Assembly (NCBI GenBank): GCA_041661645.1
Contig: JBAZUA010000003.1
Span: 22,841-86,840 of the forward strand
Direction of reading: 5' to 3'
Length of the DNA: 64,000 nt
Origin: Minisyncoccota bacterium
GTDB taxonomy: Bacteria; Patescibacteriota; Minisyncoccia; Phycocordibacterales; UBA6065
Of the stretch, positions 20,088-28,592 are shown piece after piece. Positions within the stretch are counted from its first letter, which is position 1. Each line of letters starts with the position of its first letter. Position numbers and translations under genes: made by a program. The notes under the pieces were generated by a model. That model searched no databases and had not been told where the DNA came from. It saw only the letters and a program-made list of their open reading frames with translations.

Positions 20088-20212
20088 CTAAGGGCGTTTG
20101 TCTTGTCGGACTTTGCCCTGATCAACTTGCTTCATTTCTCCTTGCCGAGCATAATTCAAAGCGTCCTTATGGCGCGCCACTTTACAATTTACGAGCCCGA
20201 TTCGGGGGACAC
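20088..20212. repeat. att-like repeat family B, distal boundary of tRNA-Lys island
   Basis: Shares ccttatggcgcgccactttacaattt and cgattcgggggaca with 18779-18902; core gene resumes 3 nt later. Confidence 0.8.
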
Positions 20213-20215
20213 TTT

Positions 20216-20686
20216 ATGAAGCGAGACATTCGCGTCCTCCTCCACGATATTCGCAGCGTCCATAACGTGGGCGCGATATTCCGCACATCTGACGCCATCG
20301 GCGTCTCCAAGATATATCTGGGCGGATACAGCCCGATGCCCGTGGACCGATTCAACAATCCGCGCGCGGACTTCTCGAAGGCCGCGCTCGGTTCCGAAAA
20401 GACCATGGCGTGGGAAGGCGTTGAAAGTCCCTTGGCGCTGATCTCAAAATTAAAGGAAGAGGGGTTTCAGGTTGTTTCTGTAGAGCAGGACCCGACATCG
20501 GCTGACTATAAGGAGGTGCGGATGGGGGAAAGGGTTCTCGTCATCTTCGGCAACGAGGTAGCGGGCGTGTCTAAGGGGCTTCTCGAGAAATCGGACGTCA
20601 TAGCCGAGATCCCGATGAACGGGACAAAGGAGTCGCTGAATATCTCTGTCTCTGCCGGCATCGTCCTCTATCGCTGGTTCGACTAA
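20216..20686 (+). CDS. TrmH/SpoU family RNA methyltransferase
   Basis: HNVGAIFRT, IFGNEVAGV, IPMNGTKESLNISVSAGI SPOUT motifs. Confidence 0.93.
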   Translation: MKRDIRVLLHDIRSVHNVGAIFRTSDAIGVSKIYLGGYSPMPVDRFNNPRADFSKAALGSEKTMAWEGVESPLALISKLKEEGFQVVSVEQDPTSADYKEVRMGERVLVIFGNEVAGVSKGLLEKSDVIAEIPMNGTKESLNISVSAGIVLYRWFD

Positions 20687-21666
20687 TAGGTTATCGCGTC
20701 AATCGAGTTTCCCTTCGGGTCGACGAGCCGTATAACCTCCTGGCTGTTCCTCCAAAGCTCGGATGTCTGGTCAAGGAAGAGTCTCCATTCGTCCTTGTAG
20801 AATCCCTCCGATCCTTCGTTTCTCTGGGCGCAGCTGTTGTAGTTGAGGTTTTGTGTGACGAAAGCCCTGCATGCGGCAGATAAGCCACCTGGGAAAGTAC
20901 CGTTGAACGCTCGGCAGCGTGGAAGCTCCTTTACGAAATCCTGGCAGGACGCCTCCTGATATGGTCCCGACGCCTTGAGTTCGTCGAGGGGCTCGGGGCA
21001 GTCCTGTCTGAGGTCTGGGGTGAACGTCTGGAACTGATTAAGGTATCCCGTGCAGATGTTCACGCGAAATGATGTGCCGATTGGCGATCTCCCGGACGTC
21101 ACGATGGCTCGACTTGCGGGAGGGAGCAGAACGTCGGTGTTGAGATACGGTGCGCCGAGGATGGGGAGGTTTGCGGCCTGGGGCAGGGTGACGTTCGTGT
21201 CATAGGCACTGTCTTTAATCCTCATGCCCGCAAGTGATGTTGTCGCTACTGCCTGTGGTGCGGCCAGTATGCGCAGGTATTCCTCCTGTGCGACGCTTGA
21301 TTTTGCCCCGGCGGTGCCATCAAGGGATAGGGTCTTTGAGAGAAGGGTCGACGAGTGGATTTTCTGCGCATCTGAGGGCTGGGTGAAGAAATCCCTGATG
21401 CTTTGCTCTGCATTCAGCACGATTTCGGCCGGCGCCTTGGGGAGGTTCAGGGTCGTTTTTCCGTCCGATGTCCCCTTGATATAGGCCTTTCCGTACGTCT
21501 CGCCCGTGTCGAGCGGGGCGGGGGCCTTAATGTACGGTGCCTGCACGGGTGATCTCTGGGCACCCCCAGTGAATATCCATATGAGGCCTATTGCTATGAT
21601 TCCCCATATGAACCAGCCGAATTCCTCGTTAAGTCCTTTGAGTATGTCCATGTCCCTAAGTATCAA
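20683..21666 (-). CDS. Membrane-anchored cysteine-containing hypothetical protein
   Basis: N-terminal TM, six Cys in the C-terminal half; same strand as and abutting mutM. Confidence 0.75.
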   Translation of the reverse strand: MILRDMDILKGLNEEFGWFIWGIIAIGLIWIFTGGAQRSPVQAPYIKAPAPLDTGETYGKAYIKGTSDGKTTLNLPKAPAEIVLNAEQSIRDFFTQPSDAQKIHSSTLLSKTLSLDGTAGAKSSVAQEEYLRILAAPQAVATTSLAGMRIKDSAYDTNVTLPQAANLPILGAPYLNTDVLLPPASRAIVTSGRSPIGTSFRVNICTGYLNQFQTFTPDLRQDCPEPLDELKASGPYQEASCQDFVKELPRCRAFNGTFPGGLSAACRAFVTQNLNYNSCAQRNEGSEGFYKDEWRLFLDQTSELWRNSQEVIRLVDPKGNSIDAITY

Positions 21667-22611
21667 TCACGGGCGGGCTTTAAGCAACTTCTGGTGGATC
21701 GAGCAGAAGTGCGCGCTCCTGCCGCCAACCTTGAGACGGATTACCGTCCCCTTGCAGCCCTTCTTGACGCAGGCCGAACCGGTCTTCCTGTAGGCATTGT
21801 GCCTCTCCTGAAAGGCCCCTCGCAGGCCGTCGATGTTTCGATAGTCGGACATGGAGTCTCCGCCAAAGTCGATGCCGCTTCGCAGGGTTTCCCGTACCGC
21901 TTTCAACACGAGTTTCCATTGTGCCCCTGACACGTTTTTTATTCGCTCGAGAGGGTTGATGCCCACGCGCCAGAGCACCTCGTCTGAGTATATGTTGCCG
22001 ATTCCGGATATGACGGTGTTGTCCATGAGGACGGTCTTTATCGCGCCGTTCGGTTTTCGCGAGACGGCTCGAATCAGGGCGTCGCTGTCGAACGATGCAT
22101 CGAGAGGCTCGGGGCCATGGTGTCGCAGGTGTTCGGACTCGTGAATGGTGGCGGTGTCGACAAGCGTCACCTTGGCGAACTTTCTCATGTCCGAGAGCAC
22201 GAGGGAGGTGCCATCGGAGAAGGAGAGGACGAAGTGTATGAATCGATTGAAGGGGTCGTTCAGGGCAACATCGGCCGGTTCGCTCGGCCTCCACGATTCT
22301 CCCTGGGCATCTTTTTTCGCCAATTTTTTATACGCGCCGTGCATCATGTGCCCGGTCATCTTCATGTGTATTAGGATGGTCTTGCCATTCGAGAGGTTGA
22401 TGAGTATGTTTTTTCCACGTCGCTCTGCCTTGTCTATGCGTGCGCCGACAACGCTCTTCCTGAAGGCGATGAAGAACCTCGGATCCTTTATGTTGTCCTT
22501 GCCCGCATGGATCGTACCGCCGTAATCCGTCCAGGCATCGGATATAACGAGTCCTTTGGCGCGGGAGTTTATTCCGTCGACGGTTGTTTGTACCTCGGGT
22601 AGTTCGGGCAT
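21667..22611 (-). CDS. mutM: Formamidopyrimidine-DNA glycosylase
   Basis: MPELPEV start at 22611, RRGK, HMKMTG, DMRKF, GIGNIYSDE, C-terminal zinc finger. Confidence 0.96.
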   Translation of the reverse strand: MPELPEVQTTVDGINSRAKGLVISDAWTDYGGTIHAGKDNIKDPRFFIAFRKSVVGARIDKAERRGKNILINLSNGKTILIHMKMTGHMMHGAYKKLAKKDAQGESWRPSEPADVALNDPFNRFIHFVLSFSDGTSLVLSDMRKFAKVTLVDTATIHESEHLRHHGPEPLDASFDSDALIRAVSRKPNGAIKTVLMDNTVISGIGNIYSDEVLWRVGINPLERIKNVSGAQWKLVLKAVRETLRSGIDFGGDSMSDYRNIDGLRGAFQERHNAYRKTGSACVKKGCKGTVIRLKVGGRSAHFCSIHQKLLKARP

Positions 22612-22618
22612 AAGAAAG

Positions 22619-23893
22619 TTAGCTTTTCGAGGCGATGGAACTTTCGATTTCCTCACGGGCGACCACGGCATCGCTCCACGGAATCTTCGAGTTGTTCGCA
22701 CCCATGATATATGGATCGGTGCCCTTGCCGGTGATGAGCACGGCGTCACCGGTTTTGGCGAGCGAGATGGCGTGGGCGATGGCGGCGCGCCTGTCCATGA
22801 TGACGTGGGGATGGGCCGAAGGCATGGCCTGGGCCATGTCGTCGACTATTTTCCGGGGATCGTCGTCGTAGGGGTCCTCGTTCGTCAGTATGATCTCGTC
22901 GCATGACCTTGCGGCTATCTGGGCCATCTCATCGCGCTTCCACACGTCGCGCCCTCCGCCGGTGTTGCCGAGCACGCAGATGCGGCGGGACTTCTGGAAC
23001 ACGTCATAGAGCTTCTGCAGGGAGTCGGGAGTGTGCGCGTAGTCGACGATGACGTCAAAATCCTGTCCCGCGTCTATCTTCTCGACGCGGCCGCGTATGC
23101 CCGTGAACTTCTCGAGGGCGAGGCGGCAGATCTCGATGTCGACGCCCTGCGTCTCGGCAAAGGTGATGGCCGCGAGCTCGTTGTATATGTTGAACTCTCC
23201 CGAGAGATGCGACTTGATGAGCTTGTGTCGCACCGTCATGTCGAAGCCGTGCTTGAAGATGTTGTACGGCATGGCATCTGCAAGGGAGTAGGGGTGCTTC
23301 TCGGTGAAGTTCCTGCCGAGGAATTTTGCTGCGTGGGCGTCATCGGCATTCGCTACGATGATGGTCTCGCGCTTTCGCGACCTCACCACGGCGTCGGCTA
23401 TCGAGAGCTTGGCGTTTACGTAATTCTCGAATGACCCATGAGCCTCGATGTGCTCGGGGGCGATATTGGTGTAGATGAGCGCGTCGAAGTCGATGAAGCG
23501 ATGGCGTCCCAGTATGGCCCCCTGCGACGTCACCTCGAGTGTGACGTACGAGCAGCCGGCCTTTGCCGCGCGGGCGATGAATCGCTGGACGAAGAAGCGT
23601 CCCGGCATGGACATCTTGTAGAGATTGTCCGTCGACTCGTCGCCGACCTTGAAGCGTATGGTGTTCGAGAGGGCGGTCTTGAAGCCGGCCTCCTCGAGTA
23701 TTGCGTTCACTATCTCGGTGACGGACGTCTTGCCCTTGGTTCCCGTGACGGCGACTATCTTGATGCGGCGGGAGGGGAAGCGGTACCAGAGGGCGCCGAG
23801 GAATGACATGGACAGGTGATATGCGGGACGGAAAAAGTTCATGACGGGGGCGGGGACTGCCTTGCGGATGGGGTGGAGGATTGAGTCGAGCAT
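22619..23893 (-). CDS. murE: UDP-MurNAc-tripeptide synthetase (MurE family)
   Basis: VTGTKGKTS, LEVTS, DYAHTPDS, NEDP, LITGKG. Confidence 0.9.
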   Translation of the reverse strand: MLDSILHPIRKAVPAPVMNFFRPAYHLSMSFLGALWYRFPSRRIKIVAVTGTKGKTSVTEIVNAILEEAGFKTALSNTIRFKVGDESTDNLYKMSMPGRFFVQRFIARAAKAGCSYVTLEVTSQGAILGRHRFIDFDALIYTNIAPEHIEAHGSFENYVNAKLSIADAVVRSRKRETIIVANADDAHAAKFLGRNFTEKHPYSLADAMPYNIFKHGFDMTVRHKLIKSHLSGEFNIYNELAAITFAETQGVDIEICRLALEKFTGIRGRVEKIDAGQDFDVIVDYAHTPDSLQKLYDVFQKSRRICVLGNTGGGRDVWKRDEMAQIAARSCDEIILTNEDPYDDDPRKIVDDMAQAMPSAHPHVIMDRRAAIAHAISLAKTGDAVLITGKGTDPYIMGANNSKIPWSDAVVAREEIESSIASKS

Positions 23894-23931
23894 GGCTGTA
23901 GTATGGCGTATTTCGGGGGTTTAAGGGAGTA

Positions 23932-23960
23932 TTGACTTTAGGTATGTTTAGGTGTATAAT
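23932..23960 (+). promoter_or_regulatory. Sigma70 promoter for DGR target gene
   Basis: TTGACT-17 nt-TATAAT. Confidence 0.65.
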
Positions 23961-24153
23961 ATACAAGTAAGGTAAAACAAGCTCTTTTACATCATTTGCG
24001 AATAAGTGGCTGCGGAATACAGGCTGTTTGAGGCCAAATCGTCTGTATTCCGCAGCCATACCGTTAGCCTGAAGCTGATAAGCTCCCTGGTCCCCATTTC
24101 ATGGGTACAAGGGATGTCACAGTCGATGGTCCGCGCGAGGTTCGGAATCTATC

Positions 24154-24732
24154 ATGAGCAATTCTGAAAATGCTACGTCCGCCCAGCTCCTGCAAGTCAT
24201 CGCCAAGTTCGCCCAAACCATTCCCGTCGATGCAGATCGACGGGAGGTGCAGAAGGCGATCGAGGATAATGACGATCCCTTCTGGGTCTTTCTGAAAGAG
24301 CGTTTCGCCAAGAAGGCTGTCGAGGTCGCGAAGGCGGCCAGAGGCGCCCTTGCCGAGATGGTCGCTCTCGGTCGCTACGACTGGGTGAGCGAGCACATCA
24401 ATGAGAAGAACTTTCCTCCGGAAAGTCTCGTTCTCGGCTCGGACCCCAAGGTCTTCCACTTCAATCGGTATATCTCATCGGAAGATGCGATTGCCGAGAT
24501 GGAGAAGAAGGGATATCGTCCAGCGACTCTCGGTGACTTGCTCGATTACGGGGCCAAGAACCCCGAGGAACAGCGCGAGTATCCGATTGTCGCCCTTGGG
24601 TCTGTCGCCGTCCTCGACGATGGTCGCCGCGTGGCTTGCCTCGGCGGGCACGGTTCGGCTCGCCGCCTCAGCCTGCACGGGTTCGATGGCGACTGGGGTG
24701 GCCACTGCCGCTTCCTGGCGGTTCGCAAATAA
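24154..24732 (+). CDS. DGR target (variable) protein
   Basis: C-terminal 42 codons are the VR; ends RFLAVRK; YRPATLGDLL motif. Confidence 0.92.
   Translation: MSNSENATSAQLLQVIAKFAQTIPVDADRREVQKAIEDNDDPFWVFLKERFAKKAVEVAKAARGALAEMVALGRYDWVSEHINEKNFPPESLVLGSDPKVFHFNRYISSEDAIAEMEKKGYRPATLGDLLDYGAKNPEEQREYPIVALGSVAVLDDGRRVACLGGHGSARRLSLHGFDGDWGGHCRFLAVRK
24599..24726 (+). repeat. DGR variable repeat (VR)
   Basis: 128-bp ungapped match to 25075-25202 with 23 mismatches, all opposite TR adenines. Confidence 0.96.
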
Positions 24733-25074
24733 GTTCTTTGTCTCCTCATGCCTTTGGATCTAGTCCTTTGGCCCTTGGAAACTTTGGACCTCGACCGCGC
24801 TTTCTTCAAGATTGCGCGGTTTTCTTTTGCCCGATACCCTCATATAATATTCTTCGACAGATGAAAAATCCTCGGTCACGGCTTTGGGTAATCTGTCCGC
24901 AACGCTCGGGAGGGGATTTTTCGCGGCTACGGTTTCGAAAAGAGTCTTCCGTGCCTTCGTTCAAAAATAAAGAACAGTTGGTGTGAGACACTATGCGACG
25001 CACAAGGTCGCTTATACCAAAATACAGCCCCGAGAGCACTCGAGGGGCGGTGGGGCAGACGGTATCTCACACAA

Positions 25075-25202
25075 GGTCTGTCGCCGTCATCGACGATGAT
25101 CGCAACGTGGCTTACCTCAACAGGAACGATTCGGATCGCAACCTCAACCTGAACAGGTTCGATAACGACTGGAATGACAACTACCGCTTCCTGGCGGTTC
25201 GC
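25075..25202 (+). repeat. DGR template repeat (TR)
   Basis: AAC-rich copy of VR (31 adenines); diverges from VR immediately after gcggttcgc. Confidence 0.96.
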
Positions 25203-25642
25203 TACTGCTCCTTTTTCTCCCGAGACCCAGTCTCGGGAGTTTTGTTTGCCAGCTGTCGCCGCCATCCGCCGAGCATTCTCCCGACCTCGAAGAGCTGTTC
25301 GGAAATGGCGGCGTATTTCTTGCCATCCAAGGCCCGGTTGTCCCATGAAAGCTCAACCAAGAGTTTGAGAAGGTCCACTCGCGAGATGCATCTGTCGAGC
25401 AATACTATCTTTTCAGCTATTTGTGAATAGCTTGCGAGGAAGCAATATTCAATCGCTACAAGAAAGACATCATCTATCTTTGTCCCGAGGGTGAATCGAC
25501 TGGCTTTCGGGAAGTGCGCGAGACAATTCTGCCATGTCCCATAGGACTCCTTTAGCTTAAGGATAACGGGGATGAGCTTTGGTTGCGAAAAACTGCGGGG
25601 GGGGGTAACTTGAGGGGTGTGTCCAGGATTCAATTCTGCCAT
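25202..25642 (-). CDS. avd: DGR accessory variability determinant (Avd-like four-helix bundle)
   Basis: FPKASRFTLGTKI and EVGRMLGGW motifs of the Avd/four-helix-bundle family; sits between TR and RT. Confidence 0.85.
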   Translation of the reverse strand: MAELNPGHTPQVTPPRSFSQPKLIPVILKLKESYGTWQNCLAHFPKASRFTLGTKIDDVFLVAIEYCFLASYSQIAEKIVLLDRCISRVDLLKLLVELSWDNRALDGKKYAAISEQLFEVGRMLGGWRRQLANKTPETGSREKKEQ

Positions 25643-26608
25643 GCCTACAAAGATATCATTTCCGTGGATAATTTGCTGTGCGCGTGGAGGGAGTTCAGAA
25701 AGGGGAAGCGTGCCAAGAGGGATGTTCAGGAATTTGAGATAAACCTAACCAATAATATCTTATCCCTATATGAGGAATTAAGGGAAAAACGTTATGAGCA
25801 TGGCGGATATCACGCCTTCAATATCTCTGACCCGAAACCTCGCAGCATTCACAAGGCCCTGGTACGAGACAGGCTTCTCCATCATGCCCTGTATCGCAAG
25901 CTCTACCCATTTTTCGACAGGACGTTCGTCTCAGATTCGTTCTCGTGCAGGAATAATAAGGGCACGCACAGGGCAATCGAGCGGTTTACGGCTTTTGGGC
26001 GCAAGGTATCGAAAAACAACACTCGCACGATCTTCGTCTTGAAATGCGACGTGAGGAAGTTCTTTGCTTCCATAGATCATGATGTTTTGTTCGGGATACT
26101 TTCGATCTATATAAAGGATGAGGATATCCTCTGGTTGTTGAAAAAGGTCGTGTCGAGTTTCAATTCGGGAAGGGAAGGGGTCGGCCTGCCGCTGGGAAAC
26201 CTCACTTCCCAGCTTCTCGTGAACATATACATGAACGAGTTTGACCAGTTCGTGAAGCATAAGATTGGGGCGAAATACTATGTCCGTTATGCGGATGATT
26301 TCGTGACGCTTTCCGACGATAAAGAATATCTTGAGAGGGTGTTGTCGCGAATGGGGGAGTTTCTCAAATCAAATCTCAGGCTCGCGCTGCATCCCGACAA
26401 GGTATATATAAAAACACTAGCGTCGGGGGTCGATTTTCTGGGTTGGGTGCACTTTCCGCATCATCGGGTGCTTCGAGGCGCCACGAGGAGAAAGATGCTG
26501 AGGAATCTGGCGAACGATCCGAAAGAGGCAGCCAGGATTTCATATTTGGGACTGCTCAAGCATGGTAATGCCAAGAGGCTTGAGTGCCATATTGGCCCGC
26601 TTGCCTAA
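25583..26608 (+). CDS. DGR reverse transcriptase (true start may be TTG 25610 or GTG 25619)
   Basis: DPKPRSI, RDRLLHHA, SFSCRNNKGTH, KCDVRKFFASID, GLPLGNLTSQ, YVRYADD, VDFLGW; no group II intron maturase/En extension. Confidence 0.96.
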   Translation: MRKTAGGGNLRGVSRIQFCHAYKDIISVDNLLCAWREFRKGKRAKRDVQEFEINLTNNILSLYEELREKRYEHGGYHAFNISDPKPRSIHKALVRDRLLHHALYRKLYPFFDRTFVSDSFSCRNNKGTHRAIERFTAFGRKVSKNNTRTIFVLKCDVRKFFASIDHDVLFGILSIYIKDEDILWLLKKVVSSFNSGREGVGLPLGNLTSQLLVNIYMNEFDQFVKHKIGAKYYVRYADDFVTLSDDKEYLERVLSRMGEFLKSNLRLALHPDKVYIKTLASGVDFLGWVHFPHHRVLRGATRRKMLRNLANDPKEAARISYLGLLKHGNAKRLECHIGPLA

Positions 26609-26658
26609 AAAGAGGGAGTAATATATGATATAATCATATTAACTTATAGTATAAATCT

Positions 26659-26868
26659 ATGTCCACATTATCAATACCCCTCACTGCCGACCTCGAGGGC
26701 GTGGTCAACAGGCTCGTGAAAAGTGGCTATGGGGCAAACAAGGCCGATGTCGTCCGAAAAGCACTCCGAAAGCTTTCGGAAGACCAGGCTGTTGAGGCTA
26801 TTCTACGTGCCCAGGCGGAGCCGAGCCTTAAGGGTGATTTGAGGGATCTCATGAAGAAGTTCAAATGA
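26659..26868 (+). CDS. Ribbon-helix-helix antitoxin-like protein
   Basis: LSIPL...LVKSGYGANKADVVRKALRKL. Confidence 0.75.
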   Translation: MSTLSIPLTADLEGVVNRLVKSGYGANKADVVRKALRKLSEDQAVEAILRAQAEPSLKGDLRDLMKKFK

Positions 26869-27125
26869 TAGAACTTCTTTTCAAGCCCTCTTTTGTGCGA
26901 ACCGTAAACGGGCTTGAGGAAGCCTTGGTGGAAGAGGTGTTTGAAAAGATTGAATTATTCAAAGACCCCAAGAACCACGATGCTCTGAGGGTTCATAAGT
27001 TAAAGGGACGTTTTTCTGACTGCCACAGCTTTTCTGTAAATTACAGGTTTAGGATTATATTTGAGTATTCTGGAAAGAAAGAGGCGACACTTCTGTTTAT
27101 CGGTGACCATGATATATACAAGTAG
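26865..27125 (+). CDS. RelE/YafQ-like mRNA interferase toxin
   Basis: LRVHKLKG...SFSVNYRFRIIF...IGDHDIY; ATGA overlap with antitoxin. Confidence 0.85.
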   Translation: MIELLFKPSFVRTVNGLEEALVEEVFEKIELFKDPKNHDALRVHKLKGRFSDCHSFSVNYRFRIIFEYSGKKEATLLFIGDHDIYK

Positions 27126-27146
27126 GCTCTAGGGGAGAGCGGGCTT

Positions 27147-27716
27147 TTACTTACCCAACATCTTCAATGCCTTTTTCACGCGCTCTCCGGTATCCGTGAT
27201 GGTCTGATCAACCTCTTTGAGAGCCTCGCGTGCCTCCTTGTGGCCATAGCCGAGGGCCTTGAGGGCCTCGAGAGCATCCACCTCGTCGCGAAGGGAGACA
27301 GGGGAGCTGTCCTCGGCGGCGAACTTGCCCTTGAGCTCGAGGACGATTTTCTCGGCAACCTTCTTGCCAATGCCGGAGACCTTGGTCAGATGCGATATGT
27401 CATTGGTCGACACTGCCGTGCGAATGGCCTTCACGCTCGAGACATTCAGTATGCCGAGGGCGGTCTTGGGACCGATGCCTGAGACGGACGAGATGAGAAG
27501 CTCGAAGAAATAGAGCTCCTCCTTGTCCAGGAAGCCATAGAGGGTGTGGGCGTCCTCTCGGACGGCGAGATGGGTCCAGAGGGATACCGTGGAGCCTTCC
27601 TTGAGCCTGTCTATGGTCTGACCGGTGGAAAAGACTTTGTAGCCGACGCCGTGCACGTCCACGACGGCCGAGCGCTCCTCCTTGTCTATAATGGTGCCCG
27701 TGAGGTGAGTAATCAT
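27147..27716 (-). CDS. ruvA: Holliday junction DNA-binding protein RuvA
   Basis: MITHLTG start, VHGVGY, VREDAHTLYGF, VSGIGPKTAL, ALKALGY. Confidence 0.96.
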   Translation of the reverse strand: MITHLTGTIIDKEERSAVVDVHGVGYKVFSTGQTIDRLKEGSTVSLWTHLAVREDAHTLYGFLDKEELYFFELLISSVSGIGPKTALGILNVSSVKAIRTAVSTNDISHLTKVSGIGKKVAEKIVLELKGKFAAEDSSPVSLRDEVDALEALKALGYGHKEAREALKEVDQTITDTGERVKKALKMLGK

Positions 27717-27798
27717 ATATAGGGACAAGTATAACAGGGAAGAGGGAGACCCGCAGACTTGCATTTTAACGGGTTCGCTGTTAAAGTAACCGCCACAT

Positions 27799-28062
27799 AT
27801 GCCAATCACATCTTCAGCAAAAAAGGCCCTTCGATCGTCAAAGCGCAAGCGAGTGTTTAACGTTCGTAGGCGCGACGAGATCGGTGCGGTCACCAAGGAC
27901 ATTAAGAAGCTCGTAACCGCAGGCAAGAAGGCGGATGCCCTCAAGCTCCTCTCCCAGGCCTACAAGCAGCTCGACAAAGCCGCAAAGACCGGTTACATCA
28001 AGAAGAACGCCGCTTCCCGAAAGAAGTCCCGACTCGCGACCCTCGTCAAGAAGGCAAAATAA
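27799..28062 (+). CDS. rpsT: 30S ribosomal protein S20
   Basis: MPITSSAKKALR...LDKAAK..IKKNAASRKKSRL. Confidence 0.96.
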   Translation: MPITSSAKKALRSSKRKRVFNVRRRDEIGAVTKDIKKLVTAGKKADALKLLSQAYKQLDKAAKTGYIKKNAASRKKSRLATLVKKAK

Positions 28063-28077
28063 TACGGCTCAACAGGG

Positions 28078-28117
28078 CAAAGAAAAACACCTCAATTGAT
28101 TGAGGTGTTTTTCTTTG
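28078..28117. terminator. Bidirectional intrinsic terminator
   Basis: caaagaaaaacacctcaat/attgaggtgtttttctttg. Confidence 0.75.
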
Positions 28118-28128
28118 TGGCTATAAGT

Positions 28129-28413
28129 TTATATTACAAGGGAAAGGAAGACTGAGGCATAGAGAAAGGCGCCGCAATACAAGGTGGATGCTATCACGAG
28201 GGGTTTCCAGAGAAGGTATTTGAGATGAGGGGAATGATCGGCAGACGTTCTGTGATTCATATAAATTGAAATAAAAAGGATTGCGCAACTCAGCGCTAAA
28301 GCGAAAATAAAAGAATTGATGGTTATTTTTGCGGTGATGATACTGGAGTAAATTATGGAGAGGATAAAGAAGTGTATGACGCTTGCGAGTATCGTGCGTA
28401 TGTTGTTTTTCAT
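28129..28413 (-). CDS. Small hypothetical membrane protein
   Basis: 94 aa, three hydrophobic segments, AT-rich, downstream of tRNA-Arg(GCG). Confidence 0.55.
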   Translation of the reverse strand: MKNNIRTILASVIHFFILSIIYSSIITAKITINSFIFALALSCAILFISIYMNHRTSADHSPHLKYLLWKPLVIASTLYCGAFLYASVFLSLVI

Positions 28414-28592
28414 GGGATTTATTATACTCCAGGATATCGACCCTTACAGGGTCAGTACCCACGATTGGATTTCGCCCTTCGCCCCTGCGGGCTCGGGGAA
28501 ATCTCAATCGGGCTTCGATTCCTACACGGATGCCCAATGGGCATCCTCTCGAGCACCATATGAAAAAATCCCCAGATGGGGATTTTTTCATA

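Larger units (their letters stand above)
24154..26608 (+). mobile_element. Diversity-generating retroelement
   Basis: Target+VR, TR, avd and RT all present. Confidence 0.95.

Noticed and set aside
24993-25430. 145-aa ORF spanning TR as a second target gene
   Set aside because: It is the Asn-rich read-through of TR running antisense into avd; TRs typically lack stops in the VR frame.
25583-26608. RT as group II intron or retron enzyme
   Set aside because: Short RT with no maturase/endonuclease extension or domain V nearby; adjacent TR/VR pair and avd identify a DGR.
26659-27125. Toxin-antitoxin pair as part of the DGR
   Set aside because: Ordinary RHH/RelE-type module with its own AT-rich upstream region; adjacency alone does not show a functional link.
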